Positions 10,093 to 19,325 are shown, counted from the stretch's first letter. The stretch: DNA of 64,000 nt from an uncultured Methanosarcinales archaeon (GCA_964552945.1 CAZKIP010000002.1:136990-200989), one strand, 5' to 3'. Notes: generated by a model not told the origin, from the letters alone. Translations and numbers: made by a program.

Positions 10093-10980
10093 ATGACAAA
10101 TGGAAATGAAGATAGAAACCCAGTTGGAGCATTAATTGAAAAAGCACTTGATGCATGTTTCGGTAATGTTGTTGATGATAATGTTCGTGGATTATTAAAT
10201 GGTGGTGATTTTAGAGGAGCGGCTGCAGCACTTAAAGAAGTTGTTTCTGTAAGAGGCCCTGTTGGTGGCCTTGAAAAAGCAGTTCAAGAAAGATTTCCAG
10301 GGGTTGATACTTCTCTTGTAAGGTCTGCAATGGAATCTGCACAATATGGCGTTGTAGTTGATAGTATCATAGGCCTTTCTGAAAAATATTCTGGTGGTCA
10401 AGATAATTCTGCTAGTAATAATACAGGTGATCAATGTTCACCTATAACTCCAAATAGAGTTTTTAATCCATACGAAGGCAACCCTTTAGCAGTTGCTTTA
10501 AAGTTGTGTGGATCAATATTAAAGTACAACGGAAATGAAGCTTTGATAACTAAAGTTTCAGGTTGGAGCGCAGTAGGTGGAGATGACCAAAGATTTCCAA
10601 TTGCAGAACCTGGAACCATTGGAACTTGGCATTCAAACGCTTATGGTGGTTATGATGTTGGTATCGTCTCAGCCCATGAGGCCGATGGTACTGGCATTGT
10701 AGCTTTTTATGGCCTTAAACCAATTGTGGATGGAAAAGTAAGGGCTGAATTAAAGAGTAAAAATAAGATTGCTAATGAATGGGGATTCACTGATTCAGGA
10801 GTTTATGGAAGAAACCTTGTAACCTCAACTGGATTACCAATGGAAATTGAATTTCGTCAAGGAGGTCAAATTAATGTTGGTGGAAAAATATTCAAAATTG
10901 AGATGGAAGGTACTGAACGAGAACGAACTGCTAAAAGCGGTGACATGATGCTTGGTACCTACAAACTAGTTAAAGGATAA
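10093..10980 (+). CDS. protein with helical N-terminus and a divergent 3-methyladenine DNA glycosylase (AAG/MPG)-like C-terminal domain
   Basis: NPLAVALKLCGSIL, LITKVSGW, AEPGTI, YGGYD, VAFYGLKP and KIANEWGF follow the order of the MPG motifs; the catalytic ETEAY Glu is absent; GAGG upstream. Confidence 0.55.
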   Translation: MTNGNEDRNPVGALIEKALDACFGNVVDDNVRGLLNGGDFRGAAAALKEVVSVRGPVGGLEKAVQERFPGVDTSLVRSAMESAQYGVVVDSIIGLSEKYSGGQDNSASNNTGDQCSPITPNRVFNPYEGNPLAVALKLCGSILKYNGNEALITKVSGWSAVGGDDQRFPIAEPGTIGTWHSNAYGGYDVGIVSAHEADGTGIVAFYGLKPIVDGKVRAELKSKNKIANEWGFTDSGVYGRNLVTSTGLPMEIEFRQGGQINVGGKIFKIEMEGTERERTAKSGDMMLGTYKLVKG

Positions 10981-11010
10981 TTATTTTCTTTTTTTCATTT
11001 ATTTTTATTG
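10981..11010 (+). terminator. T-rich archaeal-type terminator of the 971-10980 operon
   Basis: TTATTTTCTTTTTTTCATTTATTTTT directly after the stop codon. Confidence 0.5.
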
Positions 11011-11123
11011 TATTTATTTGATGTTGTTGTAAGATATTCTCATTATTATTATTACTATTATTACTATATTATAATTTAAAACTATAATAAACAAAGAAAA
11101 ATTAAAAAGTAAAAACAAAAAAT

Positions 11124-11753
11124 TTAATCACACTTCACATCTGAAAATTTTTTACAACTAGAATACCTTTCAGCTACTTCATCCCAATTTACAAGTTTCA
11201 TAAAGTTGTCTATCCATTCTCCACGCTTGTTTTGATATTTCAAGTAGTAAGCATGTTCCCAAACATCACAAACCATGATTGGTTGTAATCCTTGTACCCA
11301 TACTTTCTGATGATTCTCAACAGCAAATACATGTAATGAACCATCTGGACAAGTAGCCAAGACACCCCACCCAGAACCTTCTACAGAAGTAGTAGCTGAT
11401 TTGAATTGTGCAACAAAAGCATCCCAGCTACCAAACCATTTCTCAATAGATGATAACAAATCTCCAGCTGCCTTATTATCCTCATTACCAGGACGCATGT
11501 TTTTCCAAAATAAACTATGTAGTAAATGACCAGCACCATGGAATGCTTGCTCACGTTCCCAGTGTTTTATTAAGCTGTAATCGCCAGATTCTCTGCACTC
11601 AGCTAACTTCTTAATTGCGTTGTTAACACCTTTCACATAACCAGCATGATGCTTTGTATGGTGAATTTCAACTGTTTCTTTGTCATAATATGGTTCCAGA
11701 GCATCATAGCCATATGGCAAGTCTGGCAATGTAAATTCATGTTTTTCTGTCAT
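11124..11753 (-). CDS. sod: Fe/Mn superoxide dismutase
   Basis: LPDLPYGYDALEP, HHTKHH, HSLFW, DVWEHAYY; GGAGG upstream of ATG 11753. Confidence 0.97.
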   Translation of the reverse strand: MTEKHEFTLPDLPYGYDALEPYYDKETVEIHHTKHHAGYVKGVNNAIKKLAECRESGDYSLIKHWEREQAFHGAGHLLHSLFWKNMRPGNEDNKAAGDLLSSIEKWFGSWDAFVAQFKSATTSVEGSGWGVLATCPDGSLHVFAVENHQKVWVQGLQPIMVCDVWEHAYYLKYQNKRGEWIDNFMKLVNWDEVAERYSSCKKFSDVKCD

Positions 11754-11800
11754 TCTTAAACCCTCCAATTAAAAAATTAAATTTTTTTTACAATATATTA

Positions 11801-12373
11801 CTATATTTTACCTACCAAATCCAATCCAGGCTTTAATGTAGAAGAACCCGGTTGCCAATTGGCTGGACAAACTTCTCCACCATTTTCTCTGACAAATTTA
11901 GCAGCTTTAATTTTTCTGATTAACTCTGTTGAACTTCTACCAATTGAATTATCATTTAACTCAAATGACTTCAGAATTCCATCAGGATCGATTATAAACG
12001 TCCCTCTGAGACTTAACCCTTCCATTGGAATCATCGTACCATAGGCATTGCAAATCTGTCCTGCAGGGTCAGCAACCATTGGAAATCTAATTTTTTTAAT
12101 AGTTTCTGAAGCATCATGCCATGCTTTATGAACAAAGGCAGTGTCGGTACTTACAGAAAGGACTTCACAGCCAATTTGTTGCAATTCAGCATACTTATCG
12201 GCTAAATCACCCAATTCAGTTGGACAAATGAAAGTAAAGTCAGCTGGGTAAAAAAATAAGACCACCCATTTTCCTTTGTAATCATCTAGTTTTACTGTTT
12301 TTATTTGCTCTTCATGAAAAGCCTGTGCCTCAAACTTAGGAGCTTGAGCATTAATTTCTAATTTATTTTCCAT
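11801..12373 (-). CDS. ahpC: 2-Cys peroxiredoxin AhpC
   Basis: FFYPADFTFICPTE and EVCPANW motifs. Confidence 0.97.
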   Translation of the reverse strand: MENKLEINAQAPKFEAQAFHEEQIKTVKLDDYKGKWVVLFFYPADFTFICPTELGDLADKYAELQQIGCEVLSVSTDTAFVHKAWHDASETIKKIRFPMVADPAGQICNAYGTMIPMEGLSLRGTFIIDPDGILKSFELNDNSIGRSSTELIRKIKAAKFVRENGGEVCPANWQPGSSTLKPGLDLVGKI

Positions 12374-12427
12374 TTTGTATATATTCCTCCATTCAATATA
12401 GTTTTTATTTGTAAAATGTTTTAAAAA

Positions 12428-12691
12428 CTACTTGTTAACAATTTCAAATTTAACCTCTCCTGATTTAATTGAGCATTGACAAGCCAACCTTATATCCTTA
12501 TCGAGAGTCATTTCTTTTTCATTATTACTTAAGTCAGAAAGATTTTCGATGCCTTCAATAATCTTTATTTTACATGTACCACATATTCCCTGTGTGCATC
12601 CAAAAGGAACATTTAATTTTTGACATGGAGACATGATTTTTTCTCCATCATTAACTTCAAGTTCTTTTTCATCTGTTTTTAATATTGCCAT
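12428..12691 (-). CDS. [2Fe-2S] ferredoxin
   Basis: PFGCTQGICGTC ... RLACQC; GGTGA upstream of ATG 12691. Confidence 0.9.
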   Translation of the reverse strand: MAILKTDEKELEVNDGEKIMSPCQKLNVPFGCTQGICGTCKIKIIEGIENLSDLSNNEKEMTLDKDIRLACQCSIKSGEVKFEIVNK

Positions 12692-12741
12692 TATATCACC
12701 TTTATATTTGAAATTGAATAAATATACTGAATTGATCACAT

Positions 12742-13125
12742 CTATGTTTCTAAACAACTTACACATTCACCCTTCCCTTGAATTAATAAATTGTTTATTT
12801 TAAATTTTGGATGGTTTATTTTTTTTAACACACTTTTAAATATTTTATCATTCCCAACATCATAAATTCGTTCGCATTTAATACAAACAAGGTGTTGATG
12901 AGCCTCTACAAACCCATCAAAATGATATTCATGATTAACATCTAATCTTAACAATTTTCCTTCCTCAACTAAAATATGGAGGTTTCTATAGACTGTTGCA
13001 AGAGTTATATCAGGGATCTCTTTTTTTATTTCATTGTATACTTGTTCTGCCGTAGGATGAATTCTATTTTCAACAACAAATTCAAGAATTTTTTTCCTTT
13101 GTTTAGTTAGTCTGCGGTCAACCAT
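12742..13125 (-). CDS. Fur/PerR family transcriptional repressor
   Basis: RLTKQR, HPTAEQVY, LATVYRNL, HQHLVCIKC and C-terminal CxxC; next to ahpC and sod, so PerR-like. Confidence 0.93.
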   Translation of the reverse strand: MVDRRLTKQRKKILEFVVENRIHPTAEQVYNEIKKEIPDITLATVYRNLHILVEEGKLLRLDVNHEYHFDGFVEAHQHLVCIKCERIYDVGNDKIFKSVLKKINHPKFKINNLLIQGKGECVSCLET

Positions 13126-13144
13126 TTTAATAATCTACACTTCC

Positions 13145-13167
13145 TTAATAATAATCATTATTATTAA
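13145..13167. promoter_or_regulatory. Fur/PerR-type operator (perfect 11-1-11 palindrome)
   Basis: TTAATAATAAT-C-ATTATTATTAA contains the Fur-box core ATAATCATTAT and lies between a minus-strand TATA (13171-13178) and the regulator start codon. Confidence 0.75.
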
Positions 13168-13228
13168 TAATATATAAAGTTTGTGCAACAATTAGGATTT
13201 ATCTAGAGAATAACAACAAATTTTGAAA

Positions 13229-13579
13229 TCAAATTAATCTTTTCAGCCTTTTAAGAACTGCTAATATTCTAGTAATAACCTTCTCAACTTCTTCAATATA
13301 AACTTGTCTCGATGGAGGATCCATTCTGATTCGCTTTCCATTATCGTGATAAAATTCTTGTAATGTTCTAATTTCAGTGTTAACAACTCTGGTTGCTGAT
13401 TTAATATACTTAGAAGATTCCAATTTGTTTAACCAATCAATTATTTTTCTTACATCATCTGCAAGATCACTATTGTATAATTTAATATCATAAGAAGAGC
13501 CCAAAATCTGATTTCTTTCATCCCAATCTTCACTTAACAGAGCTTGAAATTCACGAATTTCATCAATTGATGGTTTCAT
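13229..13579 (-). CDS. hypothetical helical protein
   Basis: 116-aa ATG ORF filling the gap. Confidence 0.6.
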   Translation of the reverse strand: MKPSIDEIREFQALLSEDWDERNQILGSSYDIKLYNSDLADDVRKIIDWLNKLESSKYIKSATRVVNTEIRTLQEFYHDNGKRIRMDPPSRQVYIEEVEKVITRILAVLKRLKRLI

Positions 13580-13642
13580 AATAATAATAACAATGTAATC
13601 TAGTATTTAACTTTTTCTAGAACAGATTATCTTAACAATTAT

Positions 13643-14014
13643 TTAACTGTTACCGCTCAATTCAACTTTTTCATTGCCAAAAGATAGATTACCTTCCTGA
13701 ACATAATTTTTTCCATATTTTAAACATAACTCAGCCTTATAGAGTTCTTTTCCAAGGTAAGCAGCATGTTCAAATCTGGTAATAAGTTTATTTTTTGAAA
13801 TAGTATGGTAAATATCTATAGCATTATCTCCATATATTACTTTTTTGATTTGATGCTCATTAGTTACAAAAGCTACCTCTATCCTTTTTCTGTCATTATT
13901 TACTCTAATTAGAAAATACCCGCTCGGGTCTGGTGTCCAAGATACATCTGCTCCAGATTCTAAAATCTCTTCAATTTCGTCAGATTGTTTCTTCCATTCA
14001 TACTTTTTTGTCAT
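13643..14014 (-). CDS. DUF4346-domain protein
   Basis: DPSGYFLI ... HAAYLGKELYKAE ... YVQ signature. Confidence 0.8.
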   Translation of the reverse strand: MTKKYEWKKQSDEIEEILESGADVSWTPDPSGYFLIRVNNDRKRIEVAFVTNEHQIKKVIYGDNAIDIYHTISKNKLITRFEHAAYLGKELYKAELCLKYGKNYVQEGNLSFGNEKVELSGNS

Positions 14015-14121
14015 ATTAAGGATATTTAAGTTACTTTTTATAATCCTTTCTACCAATAATTAAATGAATACTTTTATTTTTCACGGATTAAATTTATAAA
14101 CAAATTATCTATTATAACAAT

Positions 14122-15270
14122 ATGAAGAAAGAAGTTATAGTCATGGGAGATATTGAAATGGGTGCAGGAACTCCTACCGATGACTTCATTAGTGACAAAG
14201 CACTTTCTAAACTCATCAGAAATCTTGCAAAAAGAAAGCACCCCATTGACTTAGTTCTTAATGGAGACACTTTTGATTTCTTAAAATGCCCCCATATCGT
14301 AGATGGCAAATATTTGTATCCAAGGCATATCACAGCTGATATATCCATGGAAAAGATAATTGGCATTCAAAAAGCTCACCCTACTGTCTTTTCGGCACTG
14401 GGCAAATTCGCTCAATCAAAAAAAAACAGAATTTATTTTATTATAGGTAATCATGACCATGATTTATTTCACAAAGAAGTACAACAAAAGATTGAAGAAT
14501 ATTTAGATGCTAATGATAATATCTTTTTCACAATGTATTACAATAGCAATAAAGTTTATGCTGAGCATGGGCAACAATATGATTTTCTGAATAAATTTAA
14601 CGTAAGCCAGATGTATTTAACTTATAAAAATAAGCCAATTTTAAACTTTCCTTGGATATCGTTTGGATTAATGGGTAACCTTATGTTTATCAAAGAAAAA
14701 CACCCTTTCATGGAAAGAATTACTCCCTATCCATTGCTATTAAATCACCACAAAATTATTCTTCATAGATTGCTATGGAATGGCTTACAATATCTTTTTT
14801 TAAGTGTTTTTTACTACCCTTTTAGATACTTATTAGATCCAACATATTCTTTTCCTAAAGGATTATTGGGAGAGTTTTATACAAGAATTAAAAATGTTCA
14901 TTGGGATGTTGATAATGTTGTTGATGTTTTTAAAAGGAGAAGTAGAAAGATTCTGAGAAAAAACAAAATACACGTTCTAGGTCACGTACATCAAAAATAT
15001 GTTGAAGAAAAGAAAGGTTATGTAATTATTCATCCCGATACATGGAGAGACGAATATACCCTAGATTCTAAGACGAGGAAAGTATACCCAAAAACCAAAA
15101 TGTATGTTCAAGTTTTGATTGATGAAGAAGATAACATCACTTGGAATTTGCTTGAATGTCCAATAAAGAGAACGATTCTTGATTTTGAGCAGATTATTAA
15201 AGATGAGAAAAAACACCTCTATGTAGCTGCTGTTGAAGAAGAATATGATCTCAAAAAAATAAATTCATAG
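14122..15270 (+). CDS. calcineurin-like metallophosphoesterase
   Basis: GDIE, NGDTFD, GNHD, EHG and GHVH motifs. Confidence 0.85.
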   Translation: MKKEVIVMGDIEMGAGTPTDDFISDKALSKLIRNLAKRKHPIDLVLNGDTFDFLKCPHIVDGKYLYPRHITADISMEKIIGIQKAHPTVFSALGKFAQSKKNRIYFIIGNHDHDLFHKEVQQKIEEYLDANDNIFFTMYYNSNKVYAEHGQQYDFLNKFNVSQMYLTYKNKPILNFPWISFGLMGNLMFIKEKHPFMERITPYPLLLNHHKIILHRLLWNGLQYLFLSVFYYPFRYLLDPTYSFPKGLLGEFYTRIKNVHWDVDNVVDVFKRRSRKILRKNKIHVLGHVHQKYVEEKKGYVIIHPDTWRDEYTLDSKTRKVYPKTKMYVQVLIDEEDNITWNLLECPIKRTILDFEQIIKDEKKHLYVAAVEEEYDLKKINS

Positions 15271-15346
15271 TTACTACATCTATTTGCAACTTTTTTTAGT
15301 TCACTACTAATCCGCGATTAGCAACTTTTATATAGTTTCTTAATGG

Positions 15347-16051
15347 ATGATAAAATGGTGTTTTTATTTGGGTGGAAATAATTTTGGTTTGCTAGAAGAG
15401 AATTTTTCAAAAACATTGAATGAGCTAATTTTAAATGTTTTATTAGCTAAATCACCCCATCTAATTGATGAAGTTATGCCTCAAAAATCTTCTCTTTCAG
15501 TTTCTAAAACAAAGGAAAATAAAGGAAAGAAGAATAAATTTGAGAATAATAAACCAAATAAATCTAAAAAAACACTCCTTTCATTGGAAGATATAGCAAA
15601 AAACAAAAAACTTCTAAAAAAGGATGAATCTGTAGAAATATTAGAAGACGATCTTAGTGATTTAGATGAAGATGATACTTCTGAAATTTCTTTTCAATAT
15701 TCATTAGGCGAGGAAGAATTTTTAGCCAAACAATTCTATCAAACTGCTTCATTAGATTACATGAAAATGTTTTATGGTGAAAGTAAAAGCATAAAATCAT
15801 CTTATGAAAATGAGTATTTTTCTGACACAATTGCAATTTGTGATGTTGAGGCAGATCTTCTCTCAACTGTGGAGGCCGAATCTGCGTTTAAAGAGATTCA
15901 ATATGCTGCAATTGTTGGAACTGGTTTTTCAGTCAATTCTGAGAAAAAAAGAAAATTTGATATGTGGATTAAATTTAATCCAGCACTTTTTGGTTTATTT
16001 CATAGTTTATATGCAGTAACAGATGATGTTAATTATGCACCATTAACTTAA
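15347..16051 (+). CDS. hypothetical protein with a basic then acidic N-terminal region (start may be ATG 15476)
   Basis: Long ORF; no family recognised. Confidence 0.6.
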   Translation: MIKWCFYLGGNNFGLLEENFSKTLNELILNVLLAKSPHLIDEVMPQKSSLSVSKTKENKGKKNKFENNKPNKSKKTLLSLEDIAKNKKLLKKDESVEILEDDLSDLDEDDTSEISFQYSLGEEEFLAKQFYQTASLDYMKMFYGESKSIKSSYENEYFSDTIAICDVEADLLSTVEAESAFKEIQYAAIVGTGFSVNSEKKRKFDMWIKFNPALFGLFHSLYAVTDDVNYAPLT

Positions 16052-16110
16052 TTTTTAATTCTATTAGATATACTCCCTTCTATCACAAAGGTTAAAAACA
16101 AGGATATTAG

Positions 16111-16425
16111 ATGGCATTCATGACCAAACATAGAGTAAGTTCAAAAATAATCAATGGGTTCAATATTGTGTCTCCAAGAGAAGCAAAACTACATGATTTA
16201 GAAGATAAAGTTAAACTTTCTGGATTCGCAAAATCTGCTCAAGAAAAAGGCTTAATTGGTTGGGTATTTTCGCTTGGTGCAGGAATTTCTTTTAAAAATG
16301 CATTAGATAGAGCATATCATGATATTTATCAACAGGCTCGAGAAAGAAGTGCTACAGTAGCTGTTATAACAAGGCAAGCCGAAACAAAGATAAATTATTA
16401 CTTAGAAGCAGAGTTATATCGTTAG
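16111..16425 (+). CDS. small protein, weak YbjQ-like resemblance
   Basis: ALDRAYHDIYQQARERSATVAVI resembles the YbjQ helix-strand pattern. Confidence 0.45.
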   Translation: MAFMTKHRVSSKIINGFNIVSPREAKLHDLEDKVKLSGFAKSAQEKGLIGWVFSLGAGISFKNALDRAYHDIYQQARERSATVAVITRQAETKINYYLEAELYR

Positions 16426-17177
16426 TTCCAAAGATTCAACATTTCTTCTTCAGAAAAGTGAAGTTTACCAGGGATAATTAAACAATGAGGTGGTTTTCCA
16501 AAATCAAAGTTTTTTACATCAACTAATTTACCTGATTTAACAACGTTATCAGAACCCAATCTGGCACATCCAACAACAATTAAATCGTCATTTATAACTT
16601 TCCCTTTTAATCTTTTTTCAATGTCTTCAAGGACTTCTATCCCTTGAGAAACGGACATAAATTTCTTTTGATCTTCTTTAATATCTAACAGACATAATGT
16701 GTGTAATCCTCTTTCTATGTTTCCTTTAACAACGTGGTATGGTGTTTCCAATTGAGGAAAATCATCCAAAAAGGGGACAGAAGTTGTATTCCCAAATTTG
16801 TATAATTGTAATCCAGTTATCCCAACCGCTGTGAGAACGGATGAATTGTGTATTACTTCAACTTGAACATTATTTTCTTTAGCTATCTTAAATAATTCAA
16901 TATGGGTCGTAGCTGAGAAAGGGTCTCCAATAACTAAGAAAGCAACATCTTCATTTTTTGCCTGTTCAACAATTTTTTCCATTCCATTTTCAGCAGTTGT
17001 TCTATCGGCTAAAGTAATCTCCTTATCGTAGAATTTAGCTAAATCATGAAAACTACATTGTAATAATGAAGTGTATCTTTCTAGGTAAACTTCATCACAA
17101 TTTTTTACAATTTCTAGGCCTTTAAGAGTAATGTCTCTTTCATCTCCTAAGCCTATACCGATTATGTATAATGTCAT
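16422..17177 (-). CDS. dph5: diphthine synthase
   Basis: LYIIGIGLGDERDITLKGLE, GDPFSATTH, GLQLYKFG, GLHTLCLLDI, FGKPPHCLIIPG. Confidence 0.96.
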   Translation of the reverse strand: MTLYIIGIGLGDERDITLKGLEIVKNCDEVYLERYTSLLQCSFHDLAKFYDKEITLADRTTAENGMEKIVEQAKNEDVAFLVIGDPFSATTHIELFKIAKENNVQVEVIHNSSVLTAVGITGLQLYKFGNTTSVPFLDDFPQLETPYHVVKGNIERGLHTLCLLDIKEDQKKFMSVSQGIEVLEDIEKRLKGKVINDDLIVVGCARLGSDNVVKSGKLVDVKNFDFGKPPHCLIIPGKLHFSEEEMLNLWN

Positions 17178-17677
17178 TTCATTCCGTATACAACAATTGT
17201 TGCGCCTTGCATTTCATCCATTCCTAATGATACTGAGGGTTTCCATAAAAACATATCGCCTCTTTCTAACCTTTTTGGAACAATTAAACCGGATTTAGAA
17301 TATTCAACAATCCCATCTCCTTCAAGAACCAAGCAACCATTTATTCTAGTATCATTTGCTCCAATTCTTCTTAAAAAGCCATTATCATTAAATTTAATTA
17401 CTCTGGCACTTGTCATAGCTGAAACAGAATGATATAAATCATTGTAAATCTTTTTAACAGCGCTATTCATAACGACATCATTTACATTACATCTTTGATC
17501 AAGTAATTCATATCTAGCGCTTAAATTTGAATGCATTACTCCATCTCTTTCTTCAAAAGGAAGTTTACTAACCGTATGTGTGACTAATCTACGAAGATCA
17601 TTGTCTGTAATTATATCTTTAAGCTTCTCGAAAGGTACATATTTAACACTTGGACGATTTGGGGCCATTTTTGTCAC
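17174..17677 (-). CDS. hypothetical protein with a C-terminal cupin-like beta-barrel
   Basis: CLVLEGDGIV ... LERGDMFLWKP resembles cupin motifs; stop overlaps the dph5 start. Confidence 0.5.
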   Translation of the reverse strand: MTKMAPNRPSVKYVPFEKLKDIITDNDLRRLVTHTVSKLPFEERDGVMHSNLSARYELLDQRCNVNDVVMNSAVKKIYNDLYHSVSAMTSARVIKFNDNGFLRRIGANDTRINGCLVLEGDGIVEYSKSGLIVPKRLERGDMFLWKPSVSLGMDEMQGATIVVYGMK

Positions 17678-17760
17678 AAAAGGGTAGTTATTTTATAAAG
17701 ATTAGCTTTAAAATTGAGAAATAGAACTTTTAAGAATTAGAAAAAAAATAAATAAAAAAT

Positions 17761-18762
17761 TTATTCCAAACTATATGCAATAGGTTGCTCTTTAAGAACT
17801 GTTTTATAATCTGAAGGTATTTCATCACTGAAATTTAGTTTTTGCATCAATCCAGATACCCTTTTACCAACAATGTTAGGTAATGCTTTAGCAGGAATAT
17901 GTCCAGCATCTACTTTTGGTTGCATTTGTTTAGTATAGATAGCAGTTAATCCTTCTTTTACATCACCTTTAGATTCAGATGACAAATAAACTTTACCTTG
18001 CTGAGAAGCCTTTTCTAGACCTTGTACTTTCCCAGACATCTCTTTTACTACCATACTATCAGCTATTAATCCAGTAACAAATTCAACATCACTGCCGTAT
18101 TCTTGACCCCTAAATTGTAAAGGTTTTGCTTCATAATCTCCCCTTCTTTGGCTTGATTGAAGATCTGCTCTAGTGTGTATTAAAACATCAATATATGAAT
18201 CGCCTAACTTACCTACAACTTTACCAAAAATTTTATCCTTCTTTTTTGTCTGAGCTAATGCATCGTGTAAGCTAAAAACTTTCATGTGGTTACCAACAAC
18301 ATTTACTACATAAGAAACATCTGCCTCAGTCATACCTGACATCGTAGATAAAACATTATTAGCTGCTTCTGCTCCTACTTCGGCATGTTTTGGAGAAGTG
18401 TTATCTCCATTATCTTTAATCATCATAACAGGAGTTGTAGTACCATCTTCAGTAACATAAGTCATTGCTTTCCCAACATCATGTAATACTCCAGAAACTC
18501 TAAGAAGCTCTGCTCTTGTAAAATTACCAACTCTCTCAGAAACATAATCATTAAGTCTTGATCTAGCTGCATCATCACGAACAAAATCAAAAGTTAAAGC
18601 TTTTTGAATATTCGCTTCTACTGATCTTGTATGCTCTAAAACATTATCTTCAGTATGAAATTTATTTCTATCTTGTATTGATGCTAAAGCCACAACTTCT
18701 TCAGTTTGATAAAGTCTTTCAATTAATCCATCTACACTTGTTTCATTTGTTGCCATTCCCAT
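17761..18762 (-). CDS. HD-domain metal-dependent phosphohydrolase
   Basis: VLEHT, LHDVGK, HAEVGA, NHM and AD motifs; BRE/TATA at about 18779-18793 supports a start at 18762 or 18756. Confidence 0.85.
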   Translation of the reverse strand: MGMATNETSVDGLIERLYQTEEVVALASIQDRNKFHTEDNVLEHTRSVEANIQKALTFDFVRDDAARSRLNDYVSERVGNFTRAELLRVSGVLHDVGKAMTYVTEDGTTTPVMMIKDNGDNTSPKHAEVGAEAANNVLSTMSGMTEADVSYVVNVVGNHMKVFSLHDALAQTKKKDKIFGKVVGKLGDSYIDVLIHTRADLQSSQRRGDYEAKPLQFRGQEYGSDVEFVTGLIADSMVVKEMSGKVQGLEKASQQGKVYLSSESKGDVKEGLTAIYTKQMQPKVDAGHIPAKALPNIVGKRVSGLMQKLNFSDEIPSDYKTVLKEQPIAYSLE

Positions 18763-18950
18763 GAAATAACCAAATGCGTTTATAAATCTTTCCAATATTA
18801 CTACTCAATTGTAACAGCAATTTTTATTTAGACAATTTCCTTAATAAATTTTTAATGTTTCATTCAGAAAACAATCTGATGAATACTAAATATAAGTTCA
18901 AATAATATGTTTAAAGAAAGTTTTTTATAACTCAAATAATTATTAATTCT

Positions 18951-19325
18951 ATGCAAAACAAATTAGTTCCAATTTATAATAAGTTAAAAAAGCTATTAAA
19001 AGAGTATGAACTACCTTTTAAACCTAAATTTGATTTAGATAGCAAATATGACCTTTGGTCATTTAAGGATTTAGAAATAGCAGGTAGAAAAAGAAAAGAA
19101 GTTTATTTTGCTGGACTAATAATTCAAAGTAATTATGTTGGATTTTATTTTATGCCAATATATACCGACACAAAACTCAAAGATGTATTTAAACCAGAAT
19201 TACTAAATTTACTCAAAGGAAAATCTTGTTTTCATATTAAATCATTAGATGAGGAATTGGAAAAACAAATTTCTCAAGCACTAAAAATTGGATTTAAATT
19301 ATATAAAAAAAGAGAATGGGTATAA
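18951..19325 (+). CDS. DUF1801-like protein
   Basis: FAGLIIQSNYVGFYFMPIY ... LLKGKSCFH. Confidence 0.75.
   Translation: MQNKLVPIYNKLKKLLKEYELPFKPKFDLDSKYDLWSFKDLEIAGRKRKEVYFAGLIIQSNYVGFYFMPIYTDTKLKDVFKPELLNLLKGKSCFHIKSLDEELEKQISQALKIGFKLYKKREWV

Noticed and set aside
11035-11090. ATT/ACT short tandem repeats as a CRISPR array or second Fur box
   Set aside because: Low-complexity AT tract between convergent genes; no repeat-spacer periodicity, no cas genes and no promoter context
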